Below, piece by piece: positions 29,371 to 40,173 of a stretch of DNA of 64,000 nt (its first letter is position 1; each line of letters starts with the position of its first letter). Under the pieces are notes generated by a model. The model saw only the letters and a program-made list of their open reading frames with translations, was not told where the DNA came from and did not search any database. The position numbers and the translations under genes were made by a program. The DNA lies in the NCBI GenBank assembly GCA_031551525.1, contig JAVBNN010000009.1:67835-131834 (forward strand), given 5' to 3'. Source of the stretch: Acidaminococcales bacterium (lineage in GTDB: Bacteria; Bacillota; Negativicutes; Acidaminococcales; JAISLQ01).

Positions 29371-29399
29371 TTGTAATAACTTGTCTTTAGTGGTATACT
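29371..29399 (+). promoter_or_regulatory. candidate promoter of the rimP-nusA-infB operon
   Basis: TTGTAA, a 17-nt spacer ending in TGG (extended -10), then TATACT. Confidence 0.5.
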
Positions 29400-29507
29400 A
29401 CGTATAGAAAATTCAAGTTGACGTTGCCAAGAGTGGGTTTTGAGCCCACTCTTTCAGCTTATTTATATGAACGGATGGTTTTAACGCGGGTTTGGGGAGG
29501 TTTTTGC
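29400..29507 (+). promoter_or_regulatory. rimP leader with attenuator-like hairpin
   Basis: Hairpin AAGAGTGGG ... CCCACTCTT (29429-29453) sits in the ~100-nt leader. Firmicute rimP-nusA operons are known to carry a NusA-responsive leader terminator. Confidence 0.4.
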
Positions 29508-29957
29508 TTGCGCAAAGAAAGTGTGGAACAACTGGTAGAAGAAATGGTGTTGCCATTGTTGGCAGAAACAACTTTGGAACTGGTAGATGTCGAATATGTC
29601 AGGGAGCGGGATTGGTATTTGCGAGTTTTTCTCACTAAAACCGGAGGCCTTGAGATAGATGACTGCCAGGCGATAAGTGAACGACTGGCCGTTTTACTGG
29701 ACGAAAAAGATTTTATCAAAGAAAGATATTATCTTGAAGTATCTTCACCCGGCCTTGACCGTGTATTGAGAAAAGACCGTGATCTTATCCGTCATAAGGG
29801 CGATAAGGTGGAAGTAAAGACCAAAGAAGAAAAAAAAGCTGCGGTAGGTGTATTGGGTGATTTTACTGAAGAAACCTTGCAACTTACCGTTAGCGGAGAA
29901 CATAAATCAATAGAAAGAAAAAACATAATTTCAGTTAGATTGTATCTGGAATTTTGA
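29508..29957 (+). CDS. rimP: ribosome maturation factor RimP
   Basis: VEEMVLPLL...LELVDVEY..E....LRVF...GG..IDDC...S, then LEVSSPGLDR. TTG start 7 nt after GGGGAGG. Confidence 0.85.
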   Translation: MRKESVEQLVEEMVLPLLAETTLELVDVEYVRERDWYLRVFLTKTGGLEIDDCQAISERLAVLLDEKDFIKERYYLEVSSPGLDRVLRKDRDLIRHKGDKVEVKTKEEKKAAVGVLGDFTEETLQLTVSGEHKSIERKNIISVRLYLEF

Positions 29958-29995
29958 TTTATCATACTTATGATAAAAACAGGGGGAAATAAATA

Positions 29996-31054
29996 GTGAA
30001 TTCAGAATTATTGAGCGCGTTCAGGGAACTGGGCAAAGAAAAAGGTATTGTGCCGGAGATACTGTTTGACGCAGTAGAAGCAGCGCTTATTGCCGCCTAC
30101 CGAAAAAACTTCGGTTCGTCACAAAATGTACGTGTAGAGCTTGACCGAAATAAAGGCGATATACATGTGTACGCCCGCAAAATCGTGGTAGATAAAATCG
30201 AAGACGGGTACCTCGAGATATCCCTCGAAGAGGCACAAAAAATTGACCCGCGCTATCAACTCGACGATATTATCGAAATAGAAGTTACGCCAAAAAACTT
30301 TGGCCGCATTGCAGCGCAAACAGCCAAACAAGTAGTGGTGCAACGCATAAGGGAAATTGAACGGGGCCTGGTATACGAGAAATTTTCCAATAGAGAGAGC
30401 GACATCGTTACCGGTATGGTACAACGTACTGAACAGAAAAATGTTTATATAGACCTTGGCAAAGCCGAGGCTGTTCTTGCATCAAATGAACAGATACCGG
30501 GGGAACATTACGCCCATCTCGATAGAATAAAAACTTACATAATCGAAGTCAAAAAAACCAATAAAGGGCCGCAGATCATGGTTTCCCGGACGCATCCGGG
30601 ACTGTTGAAACGACTTTTTGAGTTGGAAGTGCCGGAAATACACGATGGATTAGTGGAGATAAAGTCGGTAGCCAGAGAGCCCGGAATGCGTTCCAAGATA
30701 GCGGTATATTCTAAAGATGAAAACGTCGATCCGGTTGGTTCGTGCGTAGGTCACAAGGGTATGCGCGTTCAAACCATAGTAAATGAACTGCGCGGTGAAA
30801 AAATTGATATAGTGAAATACAGCGGTGACCCTGAACAGTATGTTGCCAATGCCCTTAGCCCCGCGAAAGTGGTGTCGGTGGAAGCGAACCCTGCCGAAAA
30901 AATATGCCGCGTAGTTGTTCCGGACTACCAATTGTCGCTGGCTATTGGCAAAGAGGGGCAAAATGCCAGGTTGGCCGCTAAACTTACCGGTTGGAAGATA
31001 GATATAAAAAGCGAATCCCAGGCTACTGCGGAGGAGGCACGTGAATTGGCGTGA
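29996..31054 (+). CDS. nusA: transcription termination/antitermination factor NusA
   Basis: 352 aa with S1 and two KH domains ([33 protein letters not shown]). Confidence 0.95.
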   Translation: MNSELLSAFRELGKEKGIVPEILFDAVEAALIAAYRKNFGSSQNVRVELDRNKGDIHVYARKIVVDKIEDGYLEISLEEAQKIDPRYQLDDIIEIEVTPKNFGRIAAQTAKQVVVQRIREIERGLVYEKFSNRESDIVTGMVQRTEQKNVYIDLGKAEAVLASNEQIPGEHYAHLDRIKTYIIEVKKTNKGPQIMVSRTHPGLLKRLFELEVPEIHDGLVEIKSVAREPGMRSKIAVYSKDENVDPVGSCVGHKGMRVQTIVNELRGEKIDIVKYSGDPEQYVANALSPAKVVSVEANPAEKICRVVVPDYQLSLAIGKEGQNARLAAKLTGWKIDIKSESQATAEEARELA

Positions 31055-31317
31055 AAACAAAAAAAACACCACAAAGAATGTGTGTTGGCTGCCAGCAAAT
31101 GAAAGACAAACGTGAGCTCTTGCGCATAGTGCGTACGCCGGAGGGCGAAATATTGGCCGATAAAACTGGTAAAAAAGCAGGCCGCGGAGCATATGTTTGC
31201 CCGCATGAAGTTTGTATCAAAAAAGCATGGAAAGAAAAGCGTTTGGAAAAAGCATTGGAAAAAAGCATAAACTCTGATGTTTACGAGACGCTTTTGGCAG
31301 GTTTATCTTCGCAATGA
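31051..31317 (+). CDS. ylxR: YlxR/RnpM family RNA-binding protein (DUF448)
   Basis: [11 protein letters not shown]....K.EL.R.V and GRGAY.C motifs. Overlaps nusA by 4 nt. Confidence 0.85.
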   Translation: MKTKKTPQRMCVGCQQMKDKRELLRIVRTPEGEILADKTGKKAGRGAYVCPHEVCIKKAWKEKRLEKALEKSINSDVYETLLAGLSSQ

Positions 31318-31631
31318 CTGAGCAGCGTCTGCTGTCGGCTCTGGGACTGGCACAAAAAGCTGGCAAGCTTGCGTCCGGAGATACGGCAGTACAAATGGCA
31401 GTAAAATCGGGAAAAGCTAAATTCCTTCTAATAGCAGCGGATGCGGCAGAAAACTCACGGAAAAATATGAAAAATATGGCAGAATCATATGGCATACCTG
31501 TTGATGAATGCGCAAGCCGGGAACTTTTGGGCAGCGCAATAGGCAGGGCGCAACGGTCAGCGGTTGCAGTGCTGGATAAGGGTTTTGCTACTATGATAAA
31601 GAAGACCTTGGAAAACGCCGACAAGAGATAA
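31314..31631 (+). CDS. ylxQ: L7Ae-family RNA-binding protein YlxQ
   Basis: 105 aa starting [13 protein letters not shown]. Conserved position between ylxR and infB. Confidence 0.8.
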   Translation: MTEQRLLSALGLAQKAGKLASGDTAVQMAVKSGKAKFLLIAADAAENSRKNMKNMAESYGIPVDECASRELLGSAIGRAQRSAVAVLDKGFATMIKKTLENADKR

Positions 31632-31647
31632 CATTGGGGGTGGCTGG

Positions 31648-34329
31648 ATGCCAAAGTATAGAGTATTTGAACTTGCCAAAGAATTTGGCGCAACGAGCAA
31701 AGTTATCCTGGATATTTTAGCCAGGAACGAAATGCCCGTAAAAAATCATATGAGTAGTGTAGACGACAACGGACGTGAACTTATTGTCAGGACTTTTGCA
31801 CGCAAAAGTGATGCCACAGCACCGGAAAAAGCACCGATTCCGCCTAAGCCGGAACCGGTAAAAACTATCGTGGAACCGGCGCCAATTGCTACTGCAGCTA
31901 AACCGCCTGTTAAAAAACCGGAAATTCCGGTCCCTAGCCCGACTGTGCCTCCCTTTAAACGGGAGCAGCCTAAAACTCGTATAGAACAACATCAAAAAAT
32001 CGAGCGCCCTGTTGAAATCAGGCCGCAGCAAGCAAAACAGGTCGTGCCGCAACACACCGGAGAAAAGCGTCCTTTCCAGCCTGTAGCGCGTCCCGCATCC
32101 GGCCCGCAGCAAACCGCGAGGCCGCCTCAACGGATAAATCCGGTACAACAAGGGCAACCACCGGCTCATGGACAACGGCCGGATTTTCGTCCACAGCAGC
32201 AGCGCCCGCAAACAGACCGGCCTGGTTTCTCACGCCCACAAACAGACAGGCCCGCTTTCTCTCATCCACAAACAGACAGATCAAATATTACGCGGCCAGC
32301 CGGCGGTTTCTCGCGCCCACAGTCTGGCAGCGATCAACCCAGACCTTTTAACAATGCACCTAGGGGAGAGCAACAACCTTTCAATAAAAAACCGGCCAAT
32401 AAATTCCCTGAACCTGCAACCAGCACTACCGGCAATAAACCCAATAATAAATTTAACAATTACCCAAAAAAGAAAAACAAAATGCCGGAGAAAAAGCAGG
32501 AACGGACGGATTTTACTGATCGTGGCAAAATGTCCAAACATGCCAAGGCGGGAATGTTCGTACAACCGCAGGTAAATGTGCAAAAACCGACTAATGTGGA
32601 AATAGCGGAATTTATTTCAGTAAAAGATTTTGCTACCATTATGAAACGCGAAGTTGCGGAAGTAATAAAGTGTCTGCTACACTTGGGCGTTATGGCCACT
32701 ATAAACCAGGAGATCGATTTTGATACGGCATCTTTGGTTGGAAACGAGCTTGGGGTAGAGGTTAAAGCATTGCCGCCAGAACAAGATCCAACCGAAATAC
32801 CGGAAACAGACGACGATCCGCAAAAACGCGTTTTGAGGGCGCCGGTAGTTACCATTATGGGGCATGTTGACCATGGCAAGACGTCCCTGCTAGACACCAT
32901 CAGAAAGGCCAATGTCACGGCGCGCGAAGCTGGCGGAATCACCCAGCATATTGGCGCATACCAAGTCAATCATCAAGGTAAAAAAATAGTCTTTCTTGAT
33001 ACGCCCGGGCATGAGGCGTTCACTTCCATGCGCGCCCGCGGCGCAAAAGTAACCGATGTGGCTATATTGGTGGTAGCGGCGGACGATGGTGTTATGCCGC
33101 AGACAGTAGAAGCTATAAACCATGCTAAATCGGCTGAAGTCCCTATCATCGTTGCTATAAATAAAATGGACAGACCTAATGCTGCCCCCGACCGTGTAAA
33201 ACAGCAACTTACCGAATACGGCCTGCAAGCGGAAGATTGGGGCGGACAAACCATAATGGTACCGGTATCTGCCCACAAGCAAACAGGGATAGCCGAGTTG
33301 CTGGAAATGATCCTCTTAGTAGCGGAAATGCAGGAATTGACCGCAAATCCCAATCTGCCGGCACAAGGAACCATCATAGAAGCGCAACTGGATAAAGGAC
33401 GCGGTCCGGTAGCCACCGTATTAGTGCAAAAAGGCACCCTCAGGGTTGGCGATACGATCATTGCCGGAACCGCATACGGAAAAGTGCGCGCCATGGTCAA
33501 TGAGCGGGGCGAAAACTTAAAAAAAGCCGGTCCGTCGACTCCAGTTGAAGTATTGGGGCTCTCAGACGTTCCGTTGGCGGGCGATATCCTTAATGCAACT
33601 GATGAAAAAATTGCCCGTGCGATTGCCGAAAAACGCCAGGCCAAGCGGCGTATAGAAGAAATGCAGCAAAGTCAAAAAGTATCGCTCGATGATATTTTCC
33701 GGCAGATACAGGATGGTAAACTCAAGGAACTCAATATCGTGGTCAAAGCTGACGTACAGGGTACCATAGAAGCTTTGCGTCAGGCCCTTGAAGGGATACG
33801 CAACGAAGAAGTAAAAGTGGTGGTCGTACATTCAGGCGTAGGCGCTATAAATGAGTCCGACGTCATGCTCGCGTCGGCAGCCAATGCGCTTATTATCGGC
33901 TTTAATGTTCGTCCGGACGCCAACGCGCGCAAAACAGCGGAGACCGAGAAGGTGGATATTGAGACTTACCGGGTTATTTACGATGCGATAAATGATGTGG
34001 AGGCCGCTATTAAAGGTATGCTGGCCCCGAAGTTTAAAGAGGTCGTCCAGGGCAGAGTGGAAGTGCGGCAAGTCATCTCCATATCCAAAATGCTTATTGC
34101 CGGCTGCTATGTACAGGAAGGCAAGATTACCCGTTCTTCCAAAGTACGTCTTTTACGCAACGGTATTGTTGTACACGAGGGTGAACTTGAGTCTTTGCGC
34201 CGTTTTAAGGATGACGTAAAAGAAGTCGCGGCAGGCTATGAATGCGGACTTACTATAGATAAATTCCGTGATGTCAAAGAAGGAGATGTCATCGAAGCTT
34301 ATATCATGGAAGAAATAAAACAGGAATAA
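31648..34329 (+). CDS. infB: translation initiation factor IF-2
   Basis: 893 aa. N-terminal [12 protein letters not shown]-type segment, P/Q-rich linker, GTPase ([21 protein letters not shown]), C-terminal domains. Confidence 0.95.
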   Translation: MPKYRVFELAKEFGATSKVILDILARNEMPVKNHMSSVDDNGRELIVRTFARKSDATAPEKAPIPPKPEPVKTIVEPAPIATAAKPPVKKPEIPVPSPTVPPFKREQPKTRIEQHQKIERPVEIRPQQAKQVVPQHTGEKRPFQPVARPASGPQQTARPPQRINPVQQGQPPAHGQRPDFRPQQQRPQTDRPGFSRPQTDRPAFSHPQTDRSNITRPAGGFSRPQSGSDQPRPFNNAPRGEQQPFNKKPANKFPEPATSTTGNKPNNKFNNYPKKKNKMPEKKQERTDFTDRGKMSKHAKAGMFVQPQVNVQKPTNVEIAEFISVKDFATIMKREVAEVIKCLLHLGVMATINQEIDFDTASLVGNELGVEVKALPPEQDPTEIPETDDDPQKRVLRAPVVTIMGHVDHGKTSLLDTIRKANVTAREAGGITQHIGAYQVNHQGKKIVFLDTPGHEAFTSMRARGAKVTDVAILVVAADDGVMPQTVEAINHAKSAEVPIIVAINKMDRPNAAPDRVKQQLTEYGLQAEDWGGQTIMVPVSAHKQTGIAELLEMILLVAEMQELTANPNLPAQGTIIEAQLDKGRGPVATVLVQKGTLRVGDTIIAGTAYGKVRAMVNERGENLKKAGPSTPVEVLGLSDVPLAGDILNATDEKIARAIAEKRQAKRRIEEMQQSQKVSLDDIFRQIQDGKLKELNIVVKADVQGTIEALRQALEGIRNEEVKVVVVHSGVGAINESDVMLASAANALIIGFNVRPDANARKTAETEKVDIETYRVIYDAINDVEAAIKGMLAPKFKEVVQGRVEVRQVISISKMLIAGCYVQEGKITRSSKVRLLRNGIVVHEGELESLRRFKDDVKEVAAGYECGLTIDKFRDVKEGDVIEAYIMEEIKQE
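32203..32292 (+). repeat. three tandem 30-bp coding repeats inside infB (RPQTDRPxFS units)
   Basis: CGCCCGCAAACAGACCGG..., CGCCCACAAACAGACAGG... and CATCCACAAACAGACAGA... occur at an exact 30-nt period. Confidence 0.8.
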
Positions 34330-34355
34330 ACGGCCGTATTTTGTGAGGTGATGAA

Positions 34356-34697
34356 ATGGCTCGTGTACGTGTAGAAAAAGTACAGGAGATGATCCGGCAG
34401 GAAGTAAGCAGCATACTTTTAAACGATATAAAAGACCCTCGGGTGAAATTTGTCACGGTAACGTCAGTTGAAGCCACCGCTGACCTTCGTAGCGCAAAGA
34501 TATATGTTAGCCTGTATGGTGACGATGAAGAAAAAAAACAATCCTGGCAGGGCATCCAGCATGCTCTGGGGTTCATACGAACTGAAATAGGCAAGCGGAT
34601 ACGTCTTCGGTTTACTCCGGAACTCTCTTTTCACCTCGACAAATCATTGGATTACAGCGACCATATACAAAGAATATTGCAACAAATAGATAAATGA
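34356..34697 (+). CDS. rbfA: ribosome-binding factor A
   Basis: RVEKVQEMIRQEVS..L...KDPR..FVTVT.V.. .DL..AKIYVS are typical RbfA segments. Confidence 0.9.
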   Translation: MARVRVEKVQEMIRQEVSSILLNDIKDPRVKFVTVTSVEATADLRSAKIYVSLYGDDEEKKQSWQGIQHALGFIRTEIGKRIRLRFTPELSFHLDKSLDYSDHIQRILQQIDK

Positions 34698-34708
34698 AGG
34701 TGGGCGGC

Positions 34709-35668
34709 ATGAAAACAGCATCCCTTTCAGCTATCGGTGAAATCTTGAAAAAAGCAAATAACATTGCTTTGGCGGCTCATGTCAATCCTGATGGGGATGC
34801 TTTGGGTTCCGTTCTAGGATTGGGTATGCTGCTTGAAAAGTTGGGGAAAACAGCGTATATGTTCATTGACGATGACATACCCCAACAATTCATGTTTATG
34901 CCCAATGTGAGAAACATAAAAAAACCTTCACTAGATACCATTTTGCAAACCGATTTGCTGGTGATACTAGATGCAAGCGATTGTGAACGGGTCGGCAGGG
35001 TTTGTCAACATATAAAAACGCCGCTCATCGTTAACCTGGATCATCACATATCAAATAACGGCTTTGCCGATATTTTATTTCTTGATGTTCAGGCGGCCGC
35101 GACCAGTGAGATAATATTCAACCTGGTCAAAGAAATGGGTATAGATATTGACCGTGATATGGCTGTTGTTCTTTACACAGGCATAGTGACTGATTGCGGT
35201 TTTTTTCGTTATGCCAATACAACACCGCTGACGTTACGGATCGCGGCGGAACTTTTGGAAACAGGCATACAGCCCAATGAAATATCGGATTTTATTGAAA
35301 CCCAAACAATAGAAACATTGCGTATCCTACCTAAAGTACTCAATACTCTGGAATTTTACCTTGACGGACGTCTGGCGTCGATATCCATATCTACCGATTT
35401 ATATAAAGACGATATGGATGGTGATGTTTTTGTAAAATACCCACGCTATATAGAGGGCGTGGAAGTAGCCCTTTTATTCAAAGGAGTTTCCGAGAGAGAA
35501 ACTCGTGTGAGCATGAGGTCGCGCGACCTTGATGTGAGCCGGGTGGCCATGGAGTTCGGGGGCGGCGGACATGTCAAGGCGGCCGGATGCACGGTAAGCG
35601 GGGCTATCCCGGTCGCCAAGGATAAAATTATCGCCTCTTTGACCAAGCACTTGGGAGTGGCAGATTAA
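34709..35668 (+). CDS. nrnA: DHH/DHHA1 phosphoesterase (NrnA-like nanoRNase / pAp phosphatase)
   Basis: HVNPDGDALGS, LDHH, DTG.F.Y.NTT and GGGGH motifs. Start set at the ATG 5 nt after AGGTGG; the alternative is 34694. Confidence 0.8.
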   Translation: MKTASLSAIGEILKKANNIALAAHVNPDGDALGSVLGLGMLLEKLGKTAYMFIDDDIPQQFMFMPNVRNIKKPSLDTILQTDLLVILDASDCERVGRVCQHIKTPLIVNLDHHISNNGFADILFLDVQAAATSEIIFNLVKEMGIDIDRDMAVVLYTGIVTDCGFFRYANTTPLTLRIAAELLETGIQPNEISDFIETQTIETLRILPKVLNTLEFYLDGRLASISISTDLYKDDMDGDVFVKYPRYIEGVEVALLFKGVSERETRVSMRSRDLDVSRVAMEFGGGGHVKAAGCTVSGAIPVAKDKIIASLTKHLGVAD

Positions 35669-36556
35669 ATGCTTTCGGGTATTTTAAATATATTAAAACC
35701 ATCGGGCATGACTTCACATGATGTCGTCTATTTTGTCAGAAAGGCCACCGGCGTCAAAAAAGTGGGCCACGCAGGCACCTTGGACCCGGATGCGGCAGGA
35801 GTGTTACCGGTCTTTGTTGGCAATGCCACGCGATTGATCGAATATACAGCAGATAGTGATAAATGCTACCGGGCGGAGTTGCTGCTCGGGGTAAAAACAG
35901 ATACTGGCGACTCCAGCGGAAATATTATCGACAGAAAACCGCTTCCAGAGCTATCAAACGACGCAATACTTGCGGCGCTGGAAAAATTGACCGGCGATAC
36001 TTTACAAATACCTCCTATGTATTCGGCTGTAAAATATAAGGGCCAAAAGCTTTATCAACTGGCCCGGGCGGGACAAACCGTGGAACGAGCAGCCCGTCCA
36101 ATAAAAATATATAGCTTGAAACTGCTCGCGAGGGAGAAAGACAGGCTTCTGCTGGAAATAGATTGCTCAAAGGGTACGTATATACGAACTTTACTGGAAG
36201 ACATCGCCGAAGGCCTTGAAACTGTCGGCACGATGGATTTTCTCCTGCGCACAAAAGCAGGTTCTTTTTTAATAGAAAAAACATGCTTGCTGGAAGATAT
36301 AAAAAGCGATCCGGCCAAACACTTACTGTCGGCCGATCTGGCTGTTGCCCATCTGCCGCTGGTAACACTAGACCAGGAAAACGCCAGGCGTTTTTCGCAG
36401 GGTGTGAAAACAGAACATAATGGCGCACCGCACGCGACTGTGCGCGTATGCTCGCCGGACGGTTCTTTACTTGGTATAGGTACCGCGAAAGAGGGGCTGT
36501 TGCGGGCGAAAAAAGTATTGACTGCCAACAAGGATTGTGGATGGTGTAAAGTATAA
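35669..36556 (+). CDS. truB: tRNA pseudouridine-55 synthase
   Basis: GILNILKPSGMTSHD and KVGHAGTLDPDAAGVL with the catalytic Asp, plus IPPMYSAVKY. Confidence 0.95.
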   Translation: MLSGILNILKPSGMTSHDVVYFVRKATGVKKVGHAGTLDPDAAGVLPVFVGNATRLIEYTADSDKCYRAELLLGVKTDTGDSSGNIIDRKPLPELSNDAILAALEKLTGDTLQIPPMYSAVKYKGQKLYQLARAGQTVERAARPIKIYSLKLLAREKDRLLLEIDCSKGTYIRTLLEDIAEGLETVGTMDFLLRTKAGSFLIEKTCLLEDIKSDPAKHLLSADLAVAHLPLVTLDQENARRFSQGVKTEHNGAPHATVRVCSPDGSLLGIGTAKEGLLRAKKVLTANKDCGWCKV

Positions 36557-37500
36557 TGCAGATATTTAACAAGTTTGAGGATTTGCCGGAAGTATATGAA
36601 GGATGTGCGATAGCCCTTGGTACTTTTGATGGCATTCACCTTGGCCATGTGGATATAATTAAAACAGCAAAAAAGCATGCAAAAAATGCAGGAACAAAAT
36701 GTATAGTCTTTTCTTTTGTCAATCATCCCATGGAAAAAATAGCGCCGGCAAAAGCCCCGTTGCGTCTTTGTTCCGAAGATAAAAAAAAGGAACTGTTGTC
36801 CGCGCTAGGCGTGGACATACTTTTCAACATATATTTTGATAAAAAATTTGCTTCAGTAAGTTCTAGCCAGTTTGTGTCTGCTTTGCAAAAGTTTTTTTCT
36901 CCCGGCTGCATAGTCGTTGGCGACAATTACTCATACGGCCATCTTGGTGCCGGTACAGCTCAGACACTAAAAGCAGACGGCAAAAAATATGGTTTTGCCG
37001 TTATCGTGAGAAAACTTGTAACGGTCAACGAAATTGTTGTCAGCAGTAGCAATATACGCCGTTATATTTTGAACGGCGATATGGATACAGCCAACAACCT
37101 CTTGGGGCGGTACTACACTTTTTCCGGAAAGGTAGTCAAAGGAAATGGACGAGGAAAAGGCTTGGGCTATCCCACTGCCAATCTGGAAATACAAAGTTCC
37201 CGTCAAGCTATTCCAGCAGACGGGGTATATGCTGTCTGGGCCAAAATTGGCACAGGTGTGTATCCGGCTGTAACCAATATCGGCAACAACCCCACTTTTA
37301 TAACAACCTCAAGGCGCCTTGAAACAACTATATTGAATTTTTCCGCCGATATTTACGGGGAAAATATAGAGATAATTTTTGTTAAAAAACTGCGCAGTGA
37401 AGAAAAATTTCCTGATAAAGACGCGCTCATAACGCAAATCGAAAAAGATATAGCCAAGGCAGGTGAATATTTGAAAGACAAAGAAAACATTTGTTTTTAA
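36556..37500 (+). CDS. ribF: bifunctional riboflavin kinase / FAD synthetase
   Basis: ALGTFDGIHLGH, SSS.IR and a C-terminal GYPTANL...G.NPTF riboflavin kinase domain. The start shares 1 nt with the truB stop. Confidence 0.9.
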   Translation: MQIFNKFEDLPEVYEGCAIALGTFDGIHLGHVDIIKTAKKHAKNAGTKCIVFSFVNHPMEKIAPAKAPLRLCSEDKKKELLSALGVDILFNIYFDKKFASVSSSQFVSALQKFFSPGCIVVGDNYSYGHLGAGTAQTLKADGKKYGFAVIVRKLVTVNEIVVSSSNIRRYILNGDMDTANNLLGRYYTFSGKVVKGNGRGKGLGYPTANLEIQSSRQAIPADGVYAVWAKIGTGVYPAVTNIGNNPTFITTSRRLETTILNFSADIYGENIEIIFVKKLRSEEKFPDKDALITQIEKDIAKAGEYLKDKENICF

Positions 37501-37504
37501 AGCA

Positions 37505-37533
37505 TTTACAGCGAAGTTTTAATGTGATAGAAT
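37505..37533 (+). promoter_or_regulatory. candidate rpsO promoter (extended -10)
   Basis: TTTACA, a 17-nt spacer ending in TGA, then TAGAAT. A ~90-nt leader follows and could be an S15 autoregulatory element (not demonstrated). Confidence 0.5.
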
Positions 37534-37628
37534 AACACACGGGTTAAATGCCCTATAACCACTGCTTGGATATCCGACTCTCCGACGGTTTCTTGGCTCT
37601 GGCGTTTTGATTGCGAGGAGGAAAAACA

Positions 37629-37895
37629 ATGCTTACCAACGAAAAAAAACAGGAACTCATTTCGACTTACCGTACTCACGAGGCGGATACCGGTTCATCC
37701 GAGGTTCAGATCGCTATCCTGACTGAAAGGATACGCTATCTGACAGAGCATCTCAAAGAGCACAAAAAAGACCATCATTCCCGGCGCGGACTTTTGAAGC
37801 TGGTCGGACAAAGGCGCGGACTTTTGAGTTATTTGCAAAACAAAGATATTGAAAAATACCGCACCATAATACAAAAACTAGGTCTTCGCAAATAA
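37629..37895 (+). CDS. rpsO: 30S ribosomal protein S15
   Basis: [11 protein letters not shown]...[39 protein letters not shown]. Confidence 0.95.
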   Translation: MLTNEKKQELISTYRTHEADTGSSEVQIAILTERIRYLTEHLKEHKKDHHSRRGLLKLVGQRRGLLSYLQNKDIEKYRTIIQKLGLRK

Positions 37896-37918
37896 AAGTG
37901 GGTTATCCCACTTTTTTT
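37895..37918 (+). terminator. intrinsic terminator
   Basis: AAAGTGGG-ttat-CCCACTTT followed by a T-run. Confidence 0.8.
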
Positions 37919-38023
37919 GTTTTGAAGGCATTTTTGCAAATTCTATTATGCATTTACAAAAGAACATGATAATATATATGTTGATGAATTTAAAGAGAGA
38001 GAATAAGAGGAGGATACTAGAAA

Positions 38024-40114
38024 ATGCACAGTTATAGTATGCAACTTGGCGGCAGGACGCTGACTATCGAAAGCGGTAAAATGGCAAAACAGGCTAGCGG
38101 AGCGGTCCTCGTTCGCTACGGCGACACAGCGGTATTGGTTGCGGCTACCGGTTCTGCGTCACCGAGAGAAGGTATAGATTTTTTCCCGCTTACTGTAGAT
38201 TTTGAAGAAAAACTTTATTCAGTAGGCAAAATACCGGGCGGTTTTATTAAAAGGGAAGGGCGCCCCAGCGAAACGGCTGTCCTGACCAGCCGTCTCATAG
38301 ACAGGCCGATCCGGCCACTCTTTGCCGACGGCTACAGAAACGATGTACAGATAGTTGCCACGGCATTGTCGGTAGACCAAAATAACGCACCCGACATTCC
38401 GGCCATGATAGGCGCATCCTGTGCGCTTTGTATTTCCAATATTCCCTTTCAAGGGCCGATCGGTGGCGTGCGAGTCGGCCTTATTGGCGAGCAGTTTATT
38501 ATCAATCCGACTGTCGATCAGCAGGCTGAAAGCCGCCTTAATCTTGTCGTGGCCGGTACGAAAGACGCCATTTTGATGGTAGAGGCGGGCGCTGAAGAAA
38601 TCAGCGAAGAAGTTATGCTCAATGCGATCATGTTTGGACATGACGTAATAAAAGAAATAGTTGCTTTCATTGAAAACATACAGGCCGAGGTCGGCGTCGC
38701 CAAACGTGAAGTAGCGCTCTATGAACCGCCCGCTGAATTGGCGGCTGCCATAAAAGATTTTTGCTATAAAAAAATAGAAGAAGCTTTGCGTGTTCACGAA
38801 AAATTGGCGCGGGAAGAGGCTATGGACAAAGTGGGAGCCGAAGTGAAGGAGAAATTCCTGGCCGAATATCCAGACAATAAAAAAGATATCGGCAATATTT
38901 TCCATGGTCTTTTAAAAACTGCCGTAAGGAAAATGATCACTATAGATAAAATACGCCCAGATGGACGCCAGCTTGATGAAGTGCGTCCCGTTTCCTGTGA
39001 AGTCGGTCTCTTACCGCGCACGCATGGTTCGGGCCTATTTACTCGTGGTCAGACCCAGATACTCAATATCATCACACTTGCGCCATTGCGTGAGGAACAG
39101 ATACTGGACGGGCTTGGCGTCGAAGACTCTAAACGCTACATGCATCACTATAACTTCCCGCCCTATAGTGTGGGCGAGACCCGCCCCATGCGTTCGCCAG
39201 GGCGGCGTGAAATAGGGCATGGAGCGCTGGCGGAACGCGCTTTGGTGCCAGTCATTCCCTCTAAAGATGAATTCCCTTACGCTTTACGCCTGGTATCTGA
39301 AGTTTTGGAGTCCAACGGTTCTTCTTCCATGGGTAGTGTTTGCGGCAGCACACTTTCTTTGATGGACGCCGGCGTGCCTATTAAGGCGCCTGTTTCCGGT
39401 ATTGCCATGGGCTTGGTAAAAGACGGGGAATATTTCACTATACTGACCGATATTCAGGGGCTTGAGGACGCGCTTGGCGATATGGACTTTAAGGTGGCCG
39501 GTACCAATAAAGGCATCACCGCTATCCAGATGGATATCAAGATAGACGGCATTAACCGAGACATATTTGCTGCGGCATTGGAACAGGCGAAACAGGGCCG
39601 CGCCTTTATTCTTGGCAAAATGTTGGAAGCCATCGATGCTCCGAGAAAAGAGATGTCACCGTATGCTCCAAGGATAATCACGCTACAGATAAATCCTGAC
39701 AAAATACGCGACGTCATCGGACCTGGCGGTAAGATTATCAAAAAAATCGTTGAAGATACTGGCGTCAAGATGGATGTCGAAGATGACGGCAAGATATATA
39801 TTGCCGCCGTTGATCCCCAAGCTGCCGAAAAAGCAGTGAAAATCGTGGAGTCTTTGGTGGCGGAAGTGGAAGTTGGCAAAACCTATGTAGGTAAAGTCAC
39901 CCGCTTAATGAATTTCGGTGCCTTTGTTGAAATACTGCCCGGAAAAGAGGGCCTTGTCCACATTTCACAACTGGCACTTGAAAGAGTGAATAAAGTGGAA
40001 GACGTAGTCAATGTAGGTGACGAGGTAATGGTAAAAGTTACGGAAATCGACCGGCAGGGACGTGTAAACCTTTCGCGCAAAGACGTTTTGAAGCAAAATC
40101 AAAATCAAGAATAA
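38024..40114 (+). CDS. pnp: polyribonucleotide nucleotidyltransferase (PNPase)
   Basis: 696 aa with two RNase PH domains, KH (GPGGK.IK.I) and S1 (G.V....FGAFVE..PG.EGL.HIS). Confidence 0.95.
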   Translation: MHSYSMQLGGRTLTIESGKMAKQASGAVLVRYGDTAVLVAATGSASPREGIDFFPLTVDFEEKLYSVGKIPGGFIKREGRPSETAVLTSRLIDRPIRPLFADGYRNDVQIVATALSVDQNNAPDIPAMIGASCALCISNIPFQGPIGGVRVGLIGEQFIINPTVDQQAESRLNLVVAGTKDAILMVEAGAEEISEEVMLNAIMFGHDVIKEIVAFIENIQAEVGVAKREVALYEPPAELAAAIKDFCYKKIEEALRVHEKLAREEAMDKVGAEVKEKFLAEYPDNKKDIGNIFHGLLKTAVRKMITIDKIRPDGRQLDEVRPVSCEVGLLPRTHGSGLFTRGQTQILNIITLAPLREEQILDGLGVEDSKRYMHHYNFPPYSVGETRPMRSPGRREIGHGALAERALVPVIPSKDEFPYALRLVSEVLESNGSSSMGSVCGSTLSLMDAGVPIKAPVSGIAMGLVKDGEYFTILTDIQGLEDALGDMDFKVAGTNKGITAIQMDIKIDGINRDIFAAALEQAKQGRAFILGKMLEAIDAPRKEMSPYAPRIITLQINPDKIRDVIGPGGKIIKKIVEDTGVKMDVEDDGKIYIAAVDPQAAEKAVKIVESLVAEVEVGKTYVGKVTRLMNFGAFVEILPGKEGLVHISQLALERVNKVEDVVNVGDEVMVKVTEIDRQGRVNLSRKDVLKQNQNQE

Positions 40115-40118
40115 AATT

Positions 40119-40157
40119 ATTTTAAGAGCAGAGAGCCTAGCTCTCTGCTCTTAAAAT
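40119..40157 (+). terminator. long perfect hairpin downstream of pnp
   Basis: TAAGAGCAGAGAGC-cta-GCTCTCTGCTCTTA, extended by flanking TTTT/AAAA. There is no clear 3' U-tract, so it may act as a terminator or as a 3' stabiliser. Confidence 0.6.
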
Positions 40158-40173
40158 ACACAGAGGATTTTAA

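Noticed and set aside
32203-32292. Possible CRISPR-like or regulatory direct repeats
   Set aside because: The units are contiguous with no spacers, are in frame within infB, and encode a repeated decapeptide. They are coding tandem repeats, not a CRISPR array.
32018-32583. Alternative-frame ORFs (88-135 aa, both strands) inside the infB linker region
   Set aside because: They arise from the low-complexity P/Q-rich repeat region of IF-2, and there is no independent start signal.
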